Below are positions 7,833-18,436 of a DNA stretch of 40,091 nt, in pieces. The stretch comes from Escherichia phage SD6. The stretch is from the sequence record PQ821641; one strand, 5' to 3'. The position numbers were made by a program, and so were the translations under genes. Below the pieces are notes generated by a model. It searched no databases. It was not told the DNA's origin and saw only the letters and a program-made list of their open reading frames with translations. The first letter of the stretch is position 1, and the number at the start of each line of letters is the position of its first letter.

Positions 7833-8087
7833 ATGTCTAAAAACTTAATGTTCAACCGATTTACTCGAAGCTTCCACCTGTCGCATAGCCCATTCAGCTT
7901 CCATAAAGCTAATCAACCATTACCCCGCTTTGGTAAGACAGTGGCTCTGTCTCCAGCAGTTCATGCGCTAGTCACCCGCAAGTCTATGCTGAAGGCTATG
8001 GATAAAGAACAAGTTGATGTGCCTGTGGTCGTTACAAAATGGCCTCGCATTAAGCTGGCACTTCTGGTAATTAAGGAGGCGCTCTGA
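7833..8087 (+). CDS. Hypothetical protein (84 aa, gene 1.5/1.6 position)
   Basis: ATG at 7833 with AGGAGA upstream; the ORF track starts this frame at an upstream non-ATG codon. Confidence 0.55.
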   Translation: MSKNLMFNRFTRSFHLSHSPFSFHKANQPLPRFGKTVALSPAVHALVTRKSMLKAMDKEQVDVPVVVTKWPRIKLALLVIKEAL

Positions 8088-8422
8088 TGACATACTGTGA
8101 TAGCACCACATACTGTGAAGCGTGTAATGGTGACGACCGCTTCCCTCACGTTGGTAAACTTGTAGGTAACAAACTCCAAGAAATTGATGGTGTACGAAAG
8201 CCATCCCACTATCAGGTCTTTGACGGTGTGGAATCCATTGAGATTATCGCTCGGTCCATGACTGTCAGTGAGTTCCGTGGGTTCTGCATTGGTAACGTCC
8301 TGAAGTATCGACTCCGAGCTGGCAAGAAGTCAGAGCTGGCGACTATGGAGAAGGACCTGAGCAAAGCAGCCTTCTATCAGGAGCTGTTCGACCTGCATAA
8401 AGGTAAGTGTTATGACTCATGA
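8087..8422 (+). CDS. gp1.7-like protein (DUF3310-type; putative nucleotide kinase)
   Basis: 111 aa; KPSHY...IEIIARSMTVSEFRGFCIGNVLKYRLRAGKKSEL...DLSKAAFYQELF resembles the T7 gp1.7 C-terminal region as remembered; N-terminal CxxxxxCxxC cluster. Confidence 0.65.
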   Translation: MTYCDSTTYCEACNGDDRFPHVGKLVGNKLQEIDGVRKPSHYQVFDGVESIEIIARSMTVSEFRGFCIGNVLKYRLRAGKKSELATMEKDLSKAAFYQELFDLHKGKCYDS

Positions 8423-8639
8423 AGAACTTAAAGCTGTAGGGGTGAAGCGTAGAGCGCTCAGTTTTTACCGAGCATACAAGGCGCTACGTAAGGGTATGTT
8501 AGCGTTCTCATTAGGACACAGTGAGTATTGTGACTATGACCTACTACCGTTTGCTTATATGAAGACTCCTAGTATGATTATTAGGGTAGAGGAGTATGAC
8601 CATTCTGACGACTGTGTAATGGTGAACAGATATGCTTAA
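8412..8639 (+). CDS. Hypothetical protein (75 aa)
   Basis: Start overlaps the upstream ORF end. Confidence 0.5.
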   Translation: MTHEELKAVGVKRRALSFYRAYKALRKGMLAFSLGHSEYCDYDLLPFAYMKTPSMIIRVEEYDHSDDCVMVNRYA

Positions 8640-8730
8640 ACCGAGTGAGTGGTGCGAGCGTAAATTTGAGGAGACAGGTAACGTCGATTACCTTCAGCTC
8701 TACAACTTATGGAAGGAGCGAGGTTTATGA
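8632..8730 (+). CDS. Hypothetical small protein (32 aa)
   Basis: ATG overlaps the upstream stop and its TGA overlaps the gp2 ATG (ATGA); weak call. Confidence 0.25.
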   Translation: MLKPSEWCERKFEETGNVDYLQLYNLWKERGL

Positions 8731-8885
8731 CTGAGGTTGAGAAGAAATACATCGTGGAGCTTGAGGGTAGCGTTCAGTCCTTCGAGGTCCCGGTGTACGC
8801 AAAGTCTCTTGAAGAGGCTACCCTGAAGTCCCAAGAGTATGAGGACGCTGGGTTTGTGGTCGGACGGATTCGTCCTGAGACCTAA
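8727..8885 (+). CDS. gp2-like inhibitor of host RNA polymerase
   Basis: 52 aa; [14 protein letters not shown]...GFVVGRIRP matches T7 gp2 SFEVPIYAETLDEA...GFEVTRVRP; below the ORF-track size cut-off. Confidence 0.8.
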   Translation: MTEVEKKYIVELEGSVQSFEVPVYAKSLEEATLKSQEYEDAGFVVGRIRPET

Positions 8886-8902
8886 ACTATCACTGTAGGA
8901 CA
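8881..8902 (+). promoter_or_regulatory. Phage promoter, ACTGTAGG variant, upstream of the SSB gene
   Basis: CCTAAACTATCACTGTAGGACA overlapping the gp2 stop. Confidence 0.6.
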
Positions 8903-8943
8903 TACGTCCAGTTCGTAACTTTTAAATTAGGAGATTTACACCG

Positions 8944-9642
8944 ATGGCTAAAGAGCAACTGAAGACTTTCACCACTCCGGTAGCTGGTATCGTTGAGCCT
9001 TACGCATGGCTGAACAAAGCAGACACCAAGTTCAACGAGCGTGGTGAACACAAAGTCAACCTGACGTTCGACCTGAGCAACCCGAAGGTCCGTAAGATGA
9101 TTGATGTCTTACAGAAGATTCACGACGATGCGTATGCGAAAGCACTCGCAGACCACGAGAAGAACCCACCTCAGGTTCAGCGTGGCAAGAAGCCTATTGA
9201 ACCACGAGAAGGCGACATGCCGTGGATTGAGAATGGTGACGGTACTGTTACCCTGAAGTTTAAATGCTTCGCGTCTTACCTGAAGGATGGTAAGTCAGAG
9301 CCTATCGTATTACGGTTCTACGACACCGATGCTAAGTTAATCCGTGACGTCCCGAATATTGGCGCTGGCTCCAAACTGAAGGTCAAGTTTAAAGTCCTGC
9401 CGTTCAAGTGGAACGCTGCGACTGGTGCAAGCGTTAAGCTCCAGCTTGAGTCCTGCCTTCTGGTAGAACTGAAGGAGTGGAAAGGTGATGGTGCTGGTGG
9501 CGATGGTGGCTGGGGTGATGATGAAGACCTAGGCACTGGCTACAAAGCGTCAACCGATGGCGACTTCGGGTCTGATGACTTTGGTGACGATGGTTCAGAA
9601 GGTGGTGACGACTCCAACTCTGGTGGCGATTACGACTTCTAA
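8944..9642 (+). CDS. Single-stranded DNA-binding protein (gene 2.5)
   Basis: 232 aa; homologous to T7 gp2.5 along its length (GKKP...EGDMPW, VKLQLES) with an acidic C-terminal tail ending in F. Confidence 0.95.
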   Translation: MAKEQLKTFTTPVAGIVEPYAWLNKADTKFNERGEHKVNLTFDLSNPKVRKMIDVLQKIHDDAYAKALADHEKNPPQVQRGKKPIEPREGDMPWIENGDGTVTLKFKCFASYLKDGKSEPIVLRFYDTDAKLIRDVPNIGAGSKLKVKFKVLPFKWNAATGASVKLQLESCLLVELKEWKGDGAGGDGGWGDDEDLGTGYKASTDGDFGSDDFGDDGSEGGDDSNSGGDYDF

Positions 9643-10094
9643 TGGCCCAATGGTCTGCAAAACGGGGGCACTCTGTGGGTGCCTACCGCTCTGGACTTGA
9701 AGCCAAGAACCAGCAGTGGCTGGAACAGAACGGCGTCAAAGCGGAGTACGAAAGCCATTATATCAACTATGTGATTCCGGCTTCCGACCACAAGTACACA
9801 CCAGACTTTATCCTTCCTAACGGTATCATCGTGGAGACCAAAGGTATCTTCGATAGTGATGACCGTAAGAAGCACCTTCTGGTACGAGAACAGCACCCAG
9901 AGTTAGACATTCGGTTCGTGTTCTCCAGTTCCCGCTCCAAGTTATACAAAGGGTCTCCGACCACGTATGGAGCATGGTGCGAAAAGAACGGCTATAAGTA
10001 TGCCGATAAGTTCATCCCGGTTGAGTGGCTTCGAGAGGCGACTGTACGTCTGCCTTCAGGTATACTCATCCCCAAGAAGAAAGGAGTTAAGTGA
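9642..10094 (+). CDS. Endonuclease I, Holliday-junction resolvase (gene 3)
   Basis: 150 aa; YTPDF.LPNGI.VETKG...DDRKKHLL.REQHPELDIR.VFSSSR.KLYKGSPT.YG as in T7 gp3. Confidence 0.95.
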   Translation: MAQWSAKRGHSVGAYRSGLEAKNQQWLEQNGVKAEYESHYINYVIPASDHKYTPDFILPNGIIVETKGIFDSDDRKKHLLVREQHPELDIRFVFSSSRSKLYKGSPTTYGAWCEKNGYKYADKFIPVEWLREATVRLPSGILIPKKKGVK

Positions 10095-10549
10095 TGACTA
10101 CCTGTAAAGACCTTGAAGTTGGAACACGTTACAGATTCTCAAAGAACACCCTGCTGAATAACCCCCAATTCACTGATGCTGTTTTCGAAAAGCGAGAAGA
10201 CCATAGCGTAATTGTGGAGAAGGGGTGGCATCCTGAGGATTACATCGGTGAGACTACCGGCTGGAATGGTCACGAGACCTACAGTGTAGAAGTTGTTGAA
10301 CATCCTCAAGTCCTGCCAGCCTCAAGCGTCCCTCCCGTCACCGTTAAACGTGAAGTCCTGACCATCAACAAGATTGGTGTAGGTCAGACGTTCATCGTCC
10401 ACGGTAAGCCTGACGAAGTGTACGTGAAGATTAGCAACTCTCACGTCTTCAACCATAAGTTGCTCCAGATGCACACGACTGACGCACATCGCTTCCAGTC
10501 ACATCTGAATCTGGTGGTAGTAGAGCTCGTTGTTTATAATGGAAAGTGA
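10091..10549 (+). CDS. Hypothetical protein (152 aa) inserted between endonuclease I and lysozyme
   Basis: Overlaps the endonuclease stop; no T7 counterpart at this locus; no recognisable family. Confidence 0.6.
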   Translation: MMTTCKDLEVGTRYRFSKNTLLNNPQFTDAVFEKREDHSVIVEKGWHPEDYIGETTGWNGHETYSVEVVEHPQVLPASSVPPVTVKREVLTINKIGVGQTFIVHGKPDEVYVKISNSHVFNHKLLQMHTTDAHRFQSHLNLVVVELVVYNGK

Positions 10550-10910
10550 CTGCATCGAGTGGGCTAAGAGTCGCAATAAGGATGGCTATGGTAGACGTAA
10601 ATTCCGTGGTCAATCTATGGGTGCTCATAGAGCAGCTTGGATAGAGACCAATGGTGCTATACCGGGAGGTCTTGTCGTAAGACACAAGTGTGATAACCGT
10701 GCATGCGTAAACATTGAGCACCTTGAGTTGGGGACTCAGGCAGAAAACATGATGGACTGCTCAGTACGCAGGACATTTAATTCAAAACTAACTGAAGATG
10801 ACGTTAAGGATATTCGCACCTCAAGCGAGACCCTTAAGTTTATGGCTGAAAAATACTCAGTAAGTGAGACAACCATAAGTCGAATCAGGAACCACAAGAG
10901 GTGGAAATAA
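10539..10910 (+). CDS. HNH homing endonuclease
   Basis: 123 aa from ATG 10539; HNH-type motif RHKCDNRACVNIEHLELGTQAENM; paralogous to the HNH at 29818. Confidence 0.85.
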   Translation: MESDCIEWAKSRNKDGYGRRKFRGQSMGAHRAAWIETNGAIPGGLVVRHKCDNRACVNIEHLELGTQAENMMDCSVRRTFNSKLTEDDVKDIRTSSETLKFMAEKYSVSETTISRIRNHKRWK

Positions 10911-10912
10911 TA

Positions 10913-11371
10913 ATGGGAAGTAAAGTACAATTCATGCCACGCAAGTCAACTGACGCTATCTTCGTTCACTGTTCGGCTACCAAGCCAGATATGGACATCG
11001 GGGTAGAGACCATCCGTATGTGGCACAAGCAGCAAGGCTGGCTGGACGTAGGCTACCACTTTATCATCAAGCGTGATGGCACTGTGGAAGAGGGACGCCC
11101 GGTCAATGTCGTAGGGTCACACGTTAAGGACTGGAACTCCAAGTCCGTAGGCGTCTGCCTTGTAGGTGGAATCAACGCTAAGGGTCAGTTTGAAGCTAAC
11201 TTCACTACAGCCCAGATGAACTCCCTGCGCAAAAAGCTGGCTGACCTGAAGGCATTGTATCCACAGGCAGAAATCAAAGCACACCATGACGTAGCGCCTA
11301 AAGCCTGTCCAAGTTTTGACTTGCAACACTGGCTATCTACCAATGAACTGGTCACTTCCGACCGTGGATAA
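10913..11371 (+). CDS. N-acetylmuramoyl-L-alanine amidase / T7-type lysozyme (gene 3.5)
   Basis: Near-collinear with T7 gp3.5: STDAIFVHCSATKP, WLDVGYHFIIKRDGTVEEGR, HHDVAPKACPSFDL, NELVTSDRG. Confidence 0.95.
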   Translation: MGSKVQFMPRKSTDAIFVHCSATKPDMDIGVETIRMWHKQQGWLDVGYHFIIKRDGTVEEGRPVNVVGSHVKDWNSKSVGVCLVGGINAKGQFEANFTTAQMNSLRKKLADLKALYPQAEIKAHHDVAPKACPSFDLQHWLSTNELVTSDRG

Positions 11372-11394
11372 TAAACTCTAAGGAGAACAGCTAA

Positions 11395-11610
11395 ATGATT
11401 AAACTCATCGAATTTCTTGGTCGTCTGGTGGTGCGTGGCTATCGTCGTGCTGCGGTACTGGAACGAAAGGTAGAAAAGAAGACTGCTGACGGTGCGGCTG
11501 ATGCTGCTGCTCTGGCTGACAAGTTGGCCATCGCGTCACTGGAAGCTGGCATGAAGGCACGTCAAGCTGACACCAAAGCTGACCAGTTGGCTCAGTTCTT
11601 CAAAGACTAA
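11395..11610 (+). CDS. Hypothetical protein (71 aa)
   Basis: AAGGAG upstream of the ATG; Ala-rich, probably helical; lies between the lysozyme and primase genes. Confidence 0.6.
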   Translation: MIKLIEFLGRLVVRGYRRAAVLERKVEKKTADGAADAAALADKLAIASLEAGMKARQADTKADQLAQFFKD

Positions 11611-11626
11611 ACTATCACCTTAGGGA
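11607..11626 (+). promoter_or_regulatory. Phage promoter variant (ACCTTAGGG core) upstream of gene 4
   Basis: CTAAACTATCACCTTAGGGA differs from consensus at two core positions. Confidence 0.45.
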
Positions 11627-11675
11627 TGGGACCACGAGTCCTGTCCCTCTGTTCGCATTATTGATTAAGGAGTGA

Positions 11676-13379
<1,704 letters not shown>

Positions 13380-13420
13380 GCGTGATATAGCTGATTATAA
13401 GAATTTATGGAGGACCGTTA

Positions 13421-13585
13421 GTGCTAAAGAAACTTAAAGCTCGCTACCATCGGTTCATGTACAAATGGTGGAGCGATGAAGCAACCTGCCTGTCGAACAT
13501 TCTGGGAGACCAAAGGTTCGACTCTAAGGCATGGAAGAAAGCTAACCGGAAGTTTATGTATCACTTCTTGCGTACAGACTTCTAG
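13421..13585 (+). CDS. Hypothetical small protein (54 aa, GTG start)
   Basis: GGAGG about 6 nt upstream of a GTG; fills the gap between gene 4 and gene 5; weak call. Confidence 0.3.
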   Translation: MLKKLKARYHRFMYKWWSDEATCLSNILGDQRFDSKAWKKANRKFMYHFLRTDF

Positions 13586-13587
13586 GT

Positions 13588-13632
13588 CTAGACTCAAGGT
13601 CATTCACATCGAGTGGCCTTTATGATTAGACT
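13588..13632 (+). promoter_or_regulatory. Putative RNase III site (R4.7-like hairpin) upstream of the DNA polymerase gene
   Basis: TAGACTCAAGGTCAT-TCACATCGAG-TGGCCTTTATGATTAGACT, imperfect inverted repeat with the shared GACTCAAGGT motif. Confidence 0.5.
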
Positions 13633-13648
13633 AAACGGAGGATTAACC

Positions 13649-15820
13649 ATGTTTGACCTTAAGAGTATCTGGGGTTCTGACATCGAGACCAACGGTCTCC
13701 TTGATACAGTCTCCCAGTTTCACTGTGGGGTCCTGATTAACGCCGAGTCGAATGAGACCCTTAAGTATGGGGTAGCTCCGATGGTCGGTATCGTCGGCGG
13801 CTTCAAAGAGTATGTGCAGAAGGTGGAAGAGATTGCCGCATCACCTGATGGTATGCTGGTATTCCACAACGGTATCAACTATGACGTCCCGGCTATTGAC
13901 AAGCTGAAGCGTCTGTACTTTGGGAAACGATTTAACTTCCCGAAACACAAGATGATTGATACCTTGGTGCTGGGCCGCTTGATGTATCCCAACATTAAGT
14001 TCTCAGACATGGGTGCGGTGAAAGCTGGTCGTCTACCACCTAAGATGATGGGACGCCAGTCTCTTGAGGCTTGGGGCTATCGTCTAGGTGAGATGAAGGG
14101 TGAATACAAACACGATTACGTTGCCAAGTGCAAGGCCGAAGGTATCGAATATAAGTCTGGGGACGAATGGTTGTTCCCCTCTCAAGAGATGCTGGACTAT
14201 AACGTTCAAGACGTTGTGGTCACACTGGCGTTGTTCAAGAAGTTCCTGACTGACAAGTATTACTTCCAGTCTGAACAGTCCGCTTTCGAACAGATTTATG
14301 CGTTGCGCCTGGAACATGATGCTGCGTGGACCTGTGCGAAGATGGAGCGTAACGGCTATCCGATGAACACCGAGATGGTCGAAGGCTTATATCGTGAACT
14401 TACTGTCAAACGTGCGGAGTTGCTGGACAAGCTGCGCTCGACTTTCGGTAGCTGGTATGCACCAAAGGGAGGCAAGGAGTTCTTCAGGCATCCACGGACA
14501 GGTAAGGACCTTCCGAAGTATCCGAGAGTCGTGTATCCCAAGGTCGGTGGCATCTTTAAGAAGCCTAAGAACAAAGCTCAACGCTTAGGTCTTGAACCTT
14601 GTGAACTCGATACGCGAGACACGATGGAGGGAGCACCGTTCACGCCAATCACTTACGTTGAGTTTAATCCGGGAAGCGGAGATCACTTAGCGAAAGTCCT
14701 GATGGAGCGTGGGTGGGAGCCTGTGGACTTCACTGACACCGGGAAACCTGTAGTCGATGACGAGACGCTAGAACACGTTAAGTTACCAGACGCAGAGGCT
14801 CAGGCTTGCGTAGAGCTGGTCCGTGAGTATCTGGTAGTCCAGAAGCGCATCGGTCAGGCGGCTGAAGGTAAGAACGCATGGTTGAAACTTGTAGGTCCAG
14901 ACGGACGTATGCACGGTTCAATCAACCCATGCGGGGCAGTAACCGGACGTGCTACTCACAGTTCACCAAACATGGCTCAGGTCCCGGCTAACGGTGCTCC
15001 ATATGGTGAGACTTGCCGTGGTGCTTTCGGTGCAGCGTGGAACAAGAAGGATGGTAAGCCAGACCCTTGGATTCAAGTAGGTGTGGATGCCTCAGGTCTT
15101 GAGCTTCGTTGTCTGGGGAACCGAGCGGCTCCGTTTGATGGTGGTGCATATGCGAAGACTGTGGTCGAAGGTGACATCCACTGGGCCAACGCAGTCAACG
15201 CTGGGTTAGCACCTAACGTCCCACGCGATAAGTCGAACCACGACCATGAGGCTTTCCGTAACAACGCTAAGACGTTCATCTATGCGTTCCTGTACGGTGC
15301 AGGGGCCGCTAAGATTGGACTGATAGTCGGTGGCGGTAAGAAGGAAGGTTCAGCTCTCATGAAGAAATTCATTGAGGGTACACCAGCCATCAAAGACCTC
15401 AGGGAAGCTGTGAGTAATACGTTAATCTCAGACTCTAAGTGGGTGGACGGTGAGAACATCGTCAAGTGGAAACGCCGTTGGTTGCGTGGACTTGATGGTC
15501 GCCGTATCCACATCCGGTCGCCACACTCAGCACTTAACGCATTACTTCAAGGTGATGGTGCGGTAGTCTGTAAGCACTGGATGGTGCTGACGGAGAAGAA
15601 ACTTGAGGAAGCTGGCTACGGTAACGGCTGGGATGGTGACTTTGCGTTAATGGCTTGGATTCACGACGAATTACAGATTGCGTGTCGTACTCAGAAGATA
15701 GCCGAAGATGTCGTCCGTATTGCACAAGAGGCAATGCGCGAGGTAGGGCGCTTCTATAACTTCAAGTGTGAGCTTGATACGGAGGGTAAGATTGGACCAA
15801 CGTGGAAAGAATGTCACTGA
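13649..15820 (+). CDS. DNA polymerase (gene 5, family A)
   Basis: Collinear with T7 gp5 (SDIETN exonuclease motif, RQSLEAWGYRLGEMKGEYK, NAKTFIYAFLYGAG, WIHDE); ATG 13649 with GGAGG upstream is preferred over the ORF-track start at 13613. Confidence 0.97.
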   Translation: MFDLKSIWGSDIETNGLLDTVSQFHCGVLINAESNETLKYGVAPMVGIVGGFKEYVQKVEEIAASPDGMLVFHNGINYDVPAIDKLKRLYFGKRFNFPKHKMIDTLVLGRLMYPNIKFSDMGAVKAGRLPPKMMGRQSLEAWGYRLGEMKGEYKHDYVAKCKAEGIEYKSGDEWLFPSQEMLDYNVQDVVVTLALFKKFLTDKYYFQSEQSAFEQIYALRLEHDAAWTCAKMERNGYPMNTEMVEGLYRELTVKRAELLDKLRSTFGSWYAPKGGKEFFRHPRTGKDLPKYPRVVYPKVGGIFKKPKNKAQRLGLEPCELDTRDTMEGAPFTPITYVEFNPGSGDHLAKVLMERGWEPVDFTDTGKPVVDDETLEHVKLPDAEAQACVELVREYLVVQKRIGQAAEGKNAWLKLVGPDGRMHGSINPCGAVTGRATHSSPNMAQVPANGAPYGETCRGAFGAAWNKKDGKPDPWIQVGVDASGLELRCLGNRAAPFDGGAYAKTVVEGDIHWANAVNAGLAPNVPRDKSNHDHEAFRNNAKTFIYAFLYGAGAAKIGLIVGGGKKEGSALMKKFIEGTPAIKDLREAVSNTLISDSKWVDGENIVKWKRRWLRGLDGRRIHIRSPHSALNALLQGDGAVVCKHWMVLTEKKLEEAGYGNGWDGDFALMAWIHDELQIACRTQKIAEDVVRIAQEAMREVGRFYNFKCELDTEGKIGPTWKECH

Positions 15821-15851
15821 CCATCGAACCAAGACCTTGCGTTTCCACACA

Positions 15852-16145
15852 ATGCCTACTGGATGTATCGTCTGCGTGTCCCACAAGAGGAACCAAGATG
15901 GATACTTCCGGTATTCTATGGGAAGCTACAGGAAGGGCAACAAGTTCGCCTTCATGTTTCACAGATGGGTGTGGGAACAGAAGCGTGGGCCTACACCAGA
16001 TGGCTATGAGATAGACCATTTGTGTTTGAATCGTGGGTGCTGTAACGTAGAGCACCTACAGTGTATTCCAAAGCGTGAGCACGTCATCAAGACGAACCGT
16101 GAGCGCAAACTTATTAAGAAGGAGAAAGATAATGGCTATTACTAA
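15852..16145 (+). CDS. HNH homing endonuclease
   Basis: 97 aa from ATG 15852; classic motif GYEIDHLCLNRGCCNVEHLQCIPKREH; directly follows the polymerase gene. Confidence 0.8.
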   Translation: MPTGCIVCVSHKRNQDGYFRYSMGSYRKGNKFAFMFHRWVWEQKRGPTPDGYEIDHLCLNRGCCNVEHLQCIPKREHVIKTNRERKLIKKEKDNGYY

Positions 16146-16428
16146 ACGTTTTAAAGTGTCATTCGAAATGACCGTAAAGGTTGACTCTGAGACTGAAGAT
16201 ATGCTTAAGGAACGCATCTTGGATTTGGCTCGCAGCGTTTGTGATGGTGAGTCCATAAATGCACAGGACAAAGAGTTACTCGTACAGGCCCTTACTCATG
16301 GTGCCGATGGTGCTGTTGCCTTTACTGTTAAGCATGGCGTTCGTAATATAATCCGTGAGATAGGCATTGAGCACCACGGAGAGGGAATTAAGTTTGCACC
16401 AGCAACTATTCGTGAGGTCAAGCAATGA
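16132..16428 (+). CDS. gp5.5-like protein
   Basis: 98 aa; ATG 16132 with AAGGAG upstream; N terminus MAITKRFKVSFEM; assigned by synteny and a remembered resemblance to T7 gp5.5. Confidence 0.6.
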   Translation: MAITKRFKVSFEMTVKVDSETEDMLKERILDLARSVCDGESINAQDKELLVQALTHGADGAVAFTVKHGVRNIIREIGIEHHGEGIKFAPATIREVKQ

Positions 16429-16634
16429 GTGAATACTTACGGGTCCTAGCGGCACTTAAGTCCTGCCCGAAGACCTTTCAGTCCAACTATGTGCGCAACA
16501 ACGCAGCACTAGTGGCTGAGGCTGCGAGTCGTGGACATCTAAGCTGCCTGTCTATGGATGGGCGTAACAACGGTGCATGGGAGATTACCGCTGCGGGCAC
16601 CAAGTTCCTGAATCAACATGGAGGCTGCCTATGA
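16425..16634 (+). CDS. gp5.7-like protein
   Basis: 69 aa; LKSCPKTFQSNYVRNNAALVAEAASRGH closely resembles T7 gp5.7 as remembered. Confidence 0.7.
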   Translation: MSEYLRVLAALKSCPKTFQSNYVRNNAALVAEAASRGHLSCLSMDGRNNGAWEITAAGTKFLNQHGGCL

Positions 16635-17080
16635 AGATACCTGAAAGTCTGAAAGAGCTGGTCCTTGACATGGGTGAGTGCGAGACGGAGCACAGAAAGT
16701 ACGATGAGTTCTACGCATCTTGGTCATACACCTTGACCGAGAAGGACGTTGAGGCATACGCCGAGTCTCCCTCTGATGCCTATGAGTGGCGTCCGTTCAT
16801 CGGGCTGACCATCGTAGCCAGTGGTATGTGGAGTGACAGCTGCGGTTCAGAGGTAAATGACTGGGTCGTATATCGCCAGGTTGAGAAGGAGACCGAAATA
16901 TCTTCCAACTTCTGGAGCTTGATGTCACACCTCAACTCAGAGGATAATGACATGGCCCATGAGTTCGCCAACAAATGGCTGAAGCCTGGGGTAACTCTGG
17001 AACGTATTGAGGAGCCGAAAGTTCCCTTGATGCCAGCTACGGTCGCTATGGCTACGGGAGGTCTAGACGATGGGTTCTGA
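16631..17080 (+). CDS. Hypothetical acidic protein (149 aa) at the gene 5.9 position
   Basis: ATG overlaps the gp5.7 stop; about 29 Asp+Glu versus 12 Lys+Arg (hand count); no recognisable family. Confidence 0.6.
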   Translation: MKIPESLKELVLDMGECETEHRKYDEFYASWSYTLTEKDVEAYAESPSDAYEWRPFIGLTIVASGMWSDSCGSEVNDWVVYRQVEKETEISSNFWSLMSHLNSEDNDMAHEFANKWLKPGVTLERIEEPKVPLMPATVAMATGGLDDGF

Positions 17081-17939
17081 GAAGAAGATAGCTCTGGTGC
17101 TGGATGGTGACTATCTGGTCTTCTCCTCTATGGCTGCTGCCGAGGACGAGACAGACTGGGGTGATGACATCTGGACACTTATCTGCGACCACAAGAAGGC
17201 TCGTCGTATCCTTGAGAACACCATCGCTGAAATCGTTAAGAAGCGCAAGGCGTGGAAAGACGCTAAGATTGTGATGTGCTTCACCGACGAGTACAACTGG
17301 CGTAAGGACGTCCTACCTACCTATAAGGCCAACCGTAAAGGTTCTCGCAAGCCTGTAGGTTACAAGAAGTTCGTAGCCGAAGTGATGGCTGACCCACGGT
17401 TCAACAGCTTCCTGCGTCCTACGCTTGAGGGCGATGACTGCATGGGTATCATTGGTACTCGACCTCAGATTGTTGGGTGCGACCATGCGGTGCTGGTGTC
17501 CTGTGATAAGGACTTCAAGACCATCCCGAACTGTGAGTTCTTCTGGTTGACAACTGGTGAAATCCTGAGTCATACGACTGCCGAGGCAGACTACTGGCAC
17601 ATGGAGCAGACCATCAAGGGTGACTCTACAGATGGCTACGGTGGCATTCCTGGGATGGGTGAGGATACCACTCGTGCGTTCCTTGATGAGCCGTACTACT
17701 TCGTGCAGGAGAGCCGTGAGCTTAAGACTGGTAAGAACAAAGGCCAGATTAAGACTGAGTGGAAGAAGTATCCTAAGCGTGAAGACATGACGCTTTGGGA
17801 CTGTATGGTGACTCTGGCTGCTAAAGCTGGGATGACCGAGGAGGAACTTCTGGTCCAAGCTCAGGTAGCTCGTATTTGCCGAGCCTCCGACTACGACCCT
17901 AAGTCCAAGGAGGTCATCCTATGGACACCATCCATGTAA
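17070..17939 (+). CDS. 5'-3' exonuclease (gene 6)
   Basis: 289 aa; LDGDYLVF, PTYKANRK, SCDKDFKTIPNC, TIKGDSTDGY and WDCMVTLAAKAGMTEEE as in T7 gp6. Confidence 0.95.
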   Translation: MGSEKKIALVLDGDYLVFSSMAAAEDETDWGDDIWTLICDHKKARRILENTIAEIVKKRKAWKDAKIVMCFTDEYNWRKDVLPTYKANRKGSRKPVGYKKFVAEVMADPRFNSFLRPTLEGDDCMGIIGTRPQIVGCDHAVLVSCDKDFKTIPNCEFFWLTTGEILSHTTAEADYWHMEQTIKGDSTDGYGGIPGMGEDTTRAFLDEPYYFVQESRELKTGKNKGQIKTEWKKYPKREDMTLWDCMVTLAAKAGMTEEELLVQAQVARICRASDYDPKSKEVILWTPSM

Positions 17940-18013
17940 TTTACTGGGTCGGACTTCTGGCCCTTTACTGCATGTACAAGTGGTTCGGGTCGAACAACCG
18001 CCCTAAACACTGA
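17921..18013 (+). CDS. Hypothetical small membrane peptide (30 aa, gp6.3-like position)
   Basis: AGGAGG 7 nt upstream of the ATG; hydrophobic IYWVGLLALYCMY; overlaps the exonuclease 3' end. Confidence 0.35.
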   Translation: MDTIHVIYWVGLLALYCMYKWFGSNNRPKH

Positions 18014-18066
18014 ATCTAACCGATAGTCATATCCTATCAATCCAACAGTCATCCATAGGTGAAACA

Positions 18067-18088
18067 CTAAACTATCACTATAGGGACT
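18067..18088 (+). promoter_or_regulatory. Phage promoter (phi6.5-like)
   Basis: CTAAACTATCACTATAGGGACT. Confidence 0.7.
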
Positions 18089-18149
18089 TTAGGACCTAAG
18101 ATATGACTATAAGATAGACTTTAGTCTTAACTTAAAGAGGAGATTCAAG

Positions 18150-18422
18150 ATGGCGATTAATGCTATTGAAAACGTTGTTAAGCAGTTACAGGAAGAAAGA
18201 CTCGATGTACCGAACATCTCCCAGTCTGCCATCCAGTTCCTGCACGTATTGTTCAACGCAAGCTACGCTGAGAAGATGGGAGCTATCAGCCTCCTCAAGC
18301 AGCAAGGCTACAGCGATGCGTTCATTGCCGGGTTTATCAAGGGTCTCCAGTATTGCTCTGACACTCTCGACTCTGCGATTGCTATGCGTCGTGAGCTGAA
18401 AGATACCGTTCAGTTCGATTAA
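18150..18422 (+). CDS. Hypothetical protein (90 aa, gp6.5 position)
   Basis: AGAGGAG upstream of the ATG; downstream of a phage promoter. Confidence 0.6.
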   Translation: MAINAIENVVKQLQEERLDVPNISQSAIQFLHVLFNASYAEKMGAISLLKQQGYSDAFIAGFIKGLQYCSDTLDSAIAMRRELKDTVQFD

Positions 18423-18436
18423 CTGTAGGAGGGACT

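Noticed and set aside
15802-16014. 70-aa ORF overlapping the HNH gene after the DNA polymerase gene
   Set aside because: A different frame from the HNH ORF, which carries the clear DH..N..H motif; taken as a shadow frame.
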